From positions 1,338 to 65,337 of the forward strand of contig DASRSV010000030.1 in NCBI GenBank assembly GCA_035656255.1: DNA of 64,000 nt, in the 5' to 3' direction. The stretch comes from Thermoplasmata archaeon (lineage in GTDB: Archaea; Thermoplasmatota; Thermoplasmata; Lutacidiplasmatales; UBA184). This document shows, one piece after another, positions 63,501-64,000 of this stretch. The notes under the pieces are model-generated. The model did no database searches. It worked only from the letters and a program-made list of their open reading frames with translations, and had not been told where the DNA came from. A program made the position numbers and the translations under genes. Numbering within the stretch: the first letter of the stretch is position 1; every line of letters starts with the position of its first letter.

Positions 63501-64000
63501 GACCGCCTCACCTCCGAGCGGTTCTGGCTGCGCATCGCCTACGCCGCGAGCGCCACCTGGGGTGCGTTCGTCCTGGTCCTGTGGCTCGGGGTCGTCGGCG
63601 TCTATGACCTCCGCTACGCCCTGCTCATCCTCCCGTCGCTCGTCACCGGGTTCATCGTCACGGCGCAGCTCATCGCCGTGGTGATCCCGCTCGGGTTCAC
63701 CGTCGGATTCTTCGTCGGTTGGGCGCGGACGACTCGGTACGCGGTGCTCCGCGGGGTCGGCGCCGCCTACGTCGACTTCTTCCGGAGCATGCCCCCGATC
63801 GTCCTGATCGCCTTCGCCTCGCTCATCGGGCTCACGGCCCTGCGCACGAGCGGGAGCGACCCGTACCTCGCGTTCTCCATCTCCCGGTGGTTGGGCGTGG
63901 TCGCCCTCGGCCTCCACACGGCGGCCTACCAGGCGGAAATCGTTCGGGCGGGGATCCTCTCGGTGCCGCGGGGCCAGGTCGAGGCCGCGGAGTCCGTCGG
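63501..64000 (+). CDS. Polar amino-acid ABC transporter permease (HisM/Q-like). The 3' end is truncated by the window, and no canonical start codon was found.
   Basis: Frame-0 translation ...LILPSLVTGFIVTAQLIAVVIPLGFTVGFFVGWARTTRYAVLRGVGAAYVDFFRSMPPIVLIAF matches the permease core. The frame is open from 63417 with no ATG, GTG or TTG before the first TM segment. Confidence 0.55.

Noticed and set aside
1-64000. CRISPR arrays or other short tandem repeats
   Set aside because: No regularly spaced direct repeats were seen in any intergenic region on reading through. The only notable direct repeat is the tRNA-Gln att pair.

Overview
This is a 64 kb window of high-GC (about 68-70%) archaeal chromosome with dense coding on both strands and many spurious long shadow ORFs in the six-frame track caused by GC richness. 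The archaeal assignment rests on: a Nop5-fibrillarin pair, a DRG GTPase, a PAC2 proteasome-assembly chaperone, ribosomal proteins L15e and LX, prefoldin alpha and beta, Pcc1, a GINS-like protein, a haloarchaeal-type tRNA-Gln(UUG), and TATA-like boxes centred about 27 nt upstream of start codons (leaderless transcripts). The proteins are not acid-shifted, so this is probably not a halophile, and a thermopsin-like secreted protein hints at Thermoplasmatota, but lineage stays uncertain.

Core housekeeping genes present: purF (3' fragment), nop5, flpA, a DRG GTPase, argS, mscL, queC, arcC, purB, pfdA, pfdB, ftsY, rpl15e, rplX, idsA (GGPP synthase), msrA and tag.

The accessory content I would look at first:
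- A four-gene operon (3502-8061): a HerA/FtsK-like P-loop ATPase followed by three tandem KaiC/RecA-like proteins, one with an intact Walker A and two with degenerate ones. This is my lead candidate for an undescribed system.
- A roughly 3.2 kb insertion next to tRNA-Gln, bounded by an 18-26 bp direct repeat of the tRNA 3' end. It carries a 12-blade Kelch surface protein and a small HTH protein, with no integrase.
- A family of four paralogous secreted proteins rich in cysteine and N-glycosylation sequons, scattered over 24-48 kb.
- A secretome island at 44.8-51.3 kb: a secreted alpha/beta-hydrolase, two divergent members of the paralog family, and a giant thermopsin-like beta-helix glycoprotein.
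- A detox/stress cluster at 53-62 kb with duplicated VOC, SRPBCC and TfoX_N modules and an HxlR regulator.

Smaller oddities are an MscL with a C-terminal zinc ribbon, a single palindromic TATA box apparently serving two divergent leaderless genes, and a fibrillarin with a C-terminal tail overlapping the convergent DRG gene by 128 bp. All functional calls come from motif recognition by eye; no searches were run.
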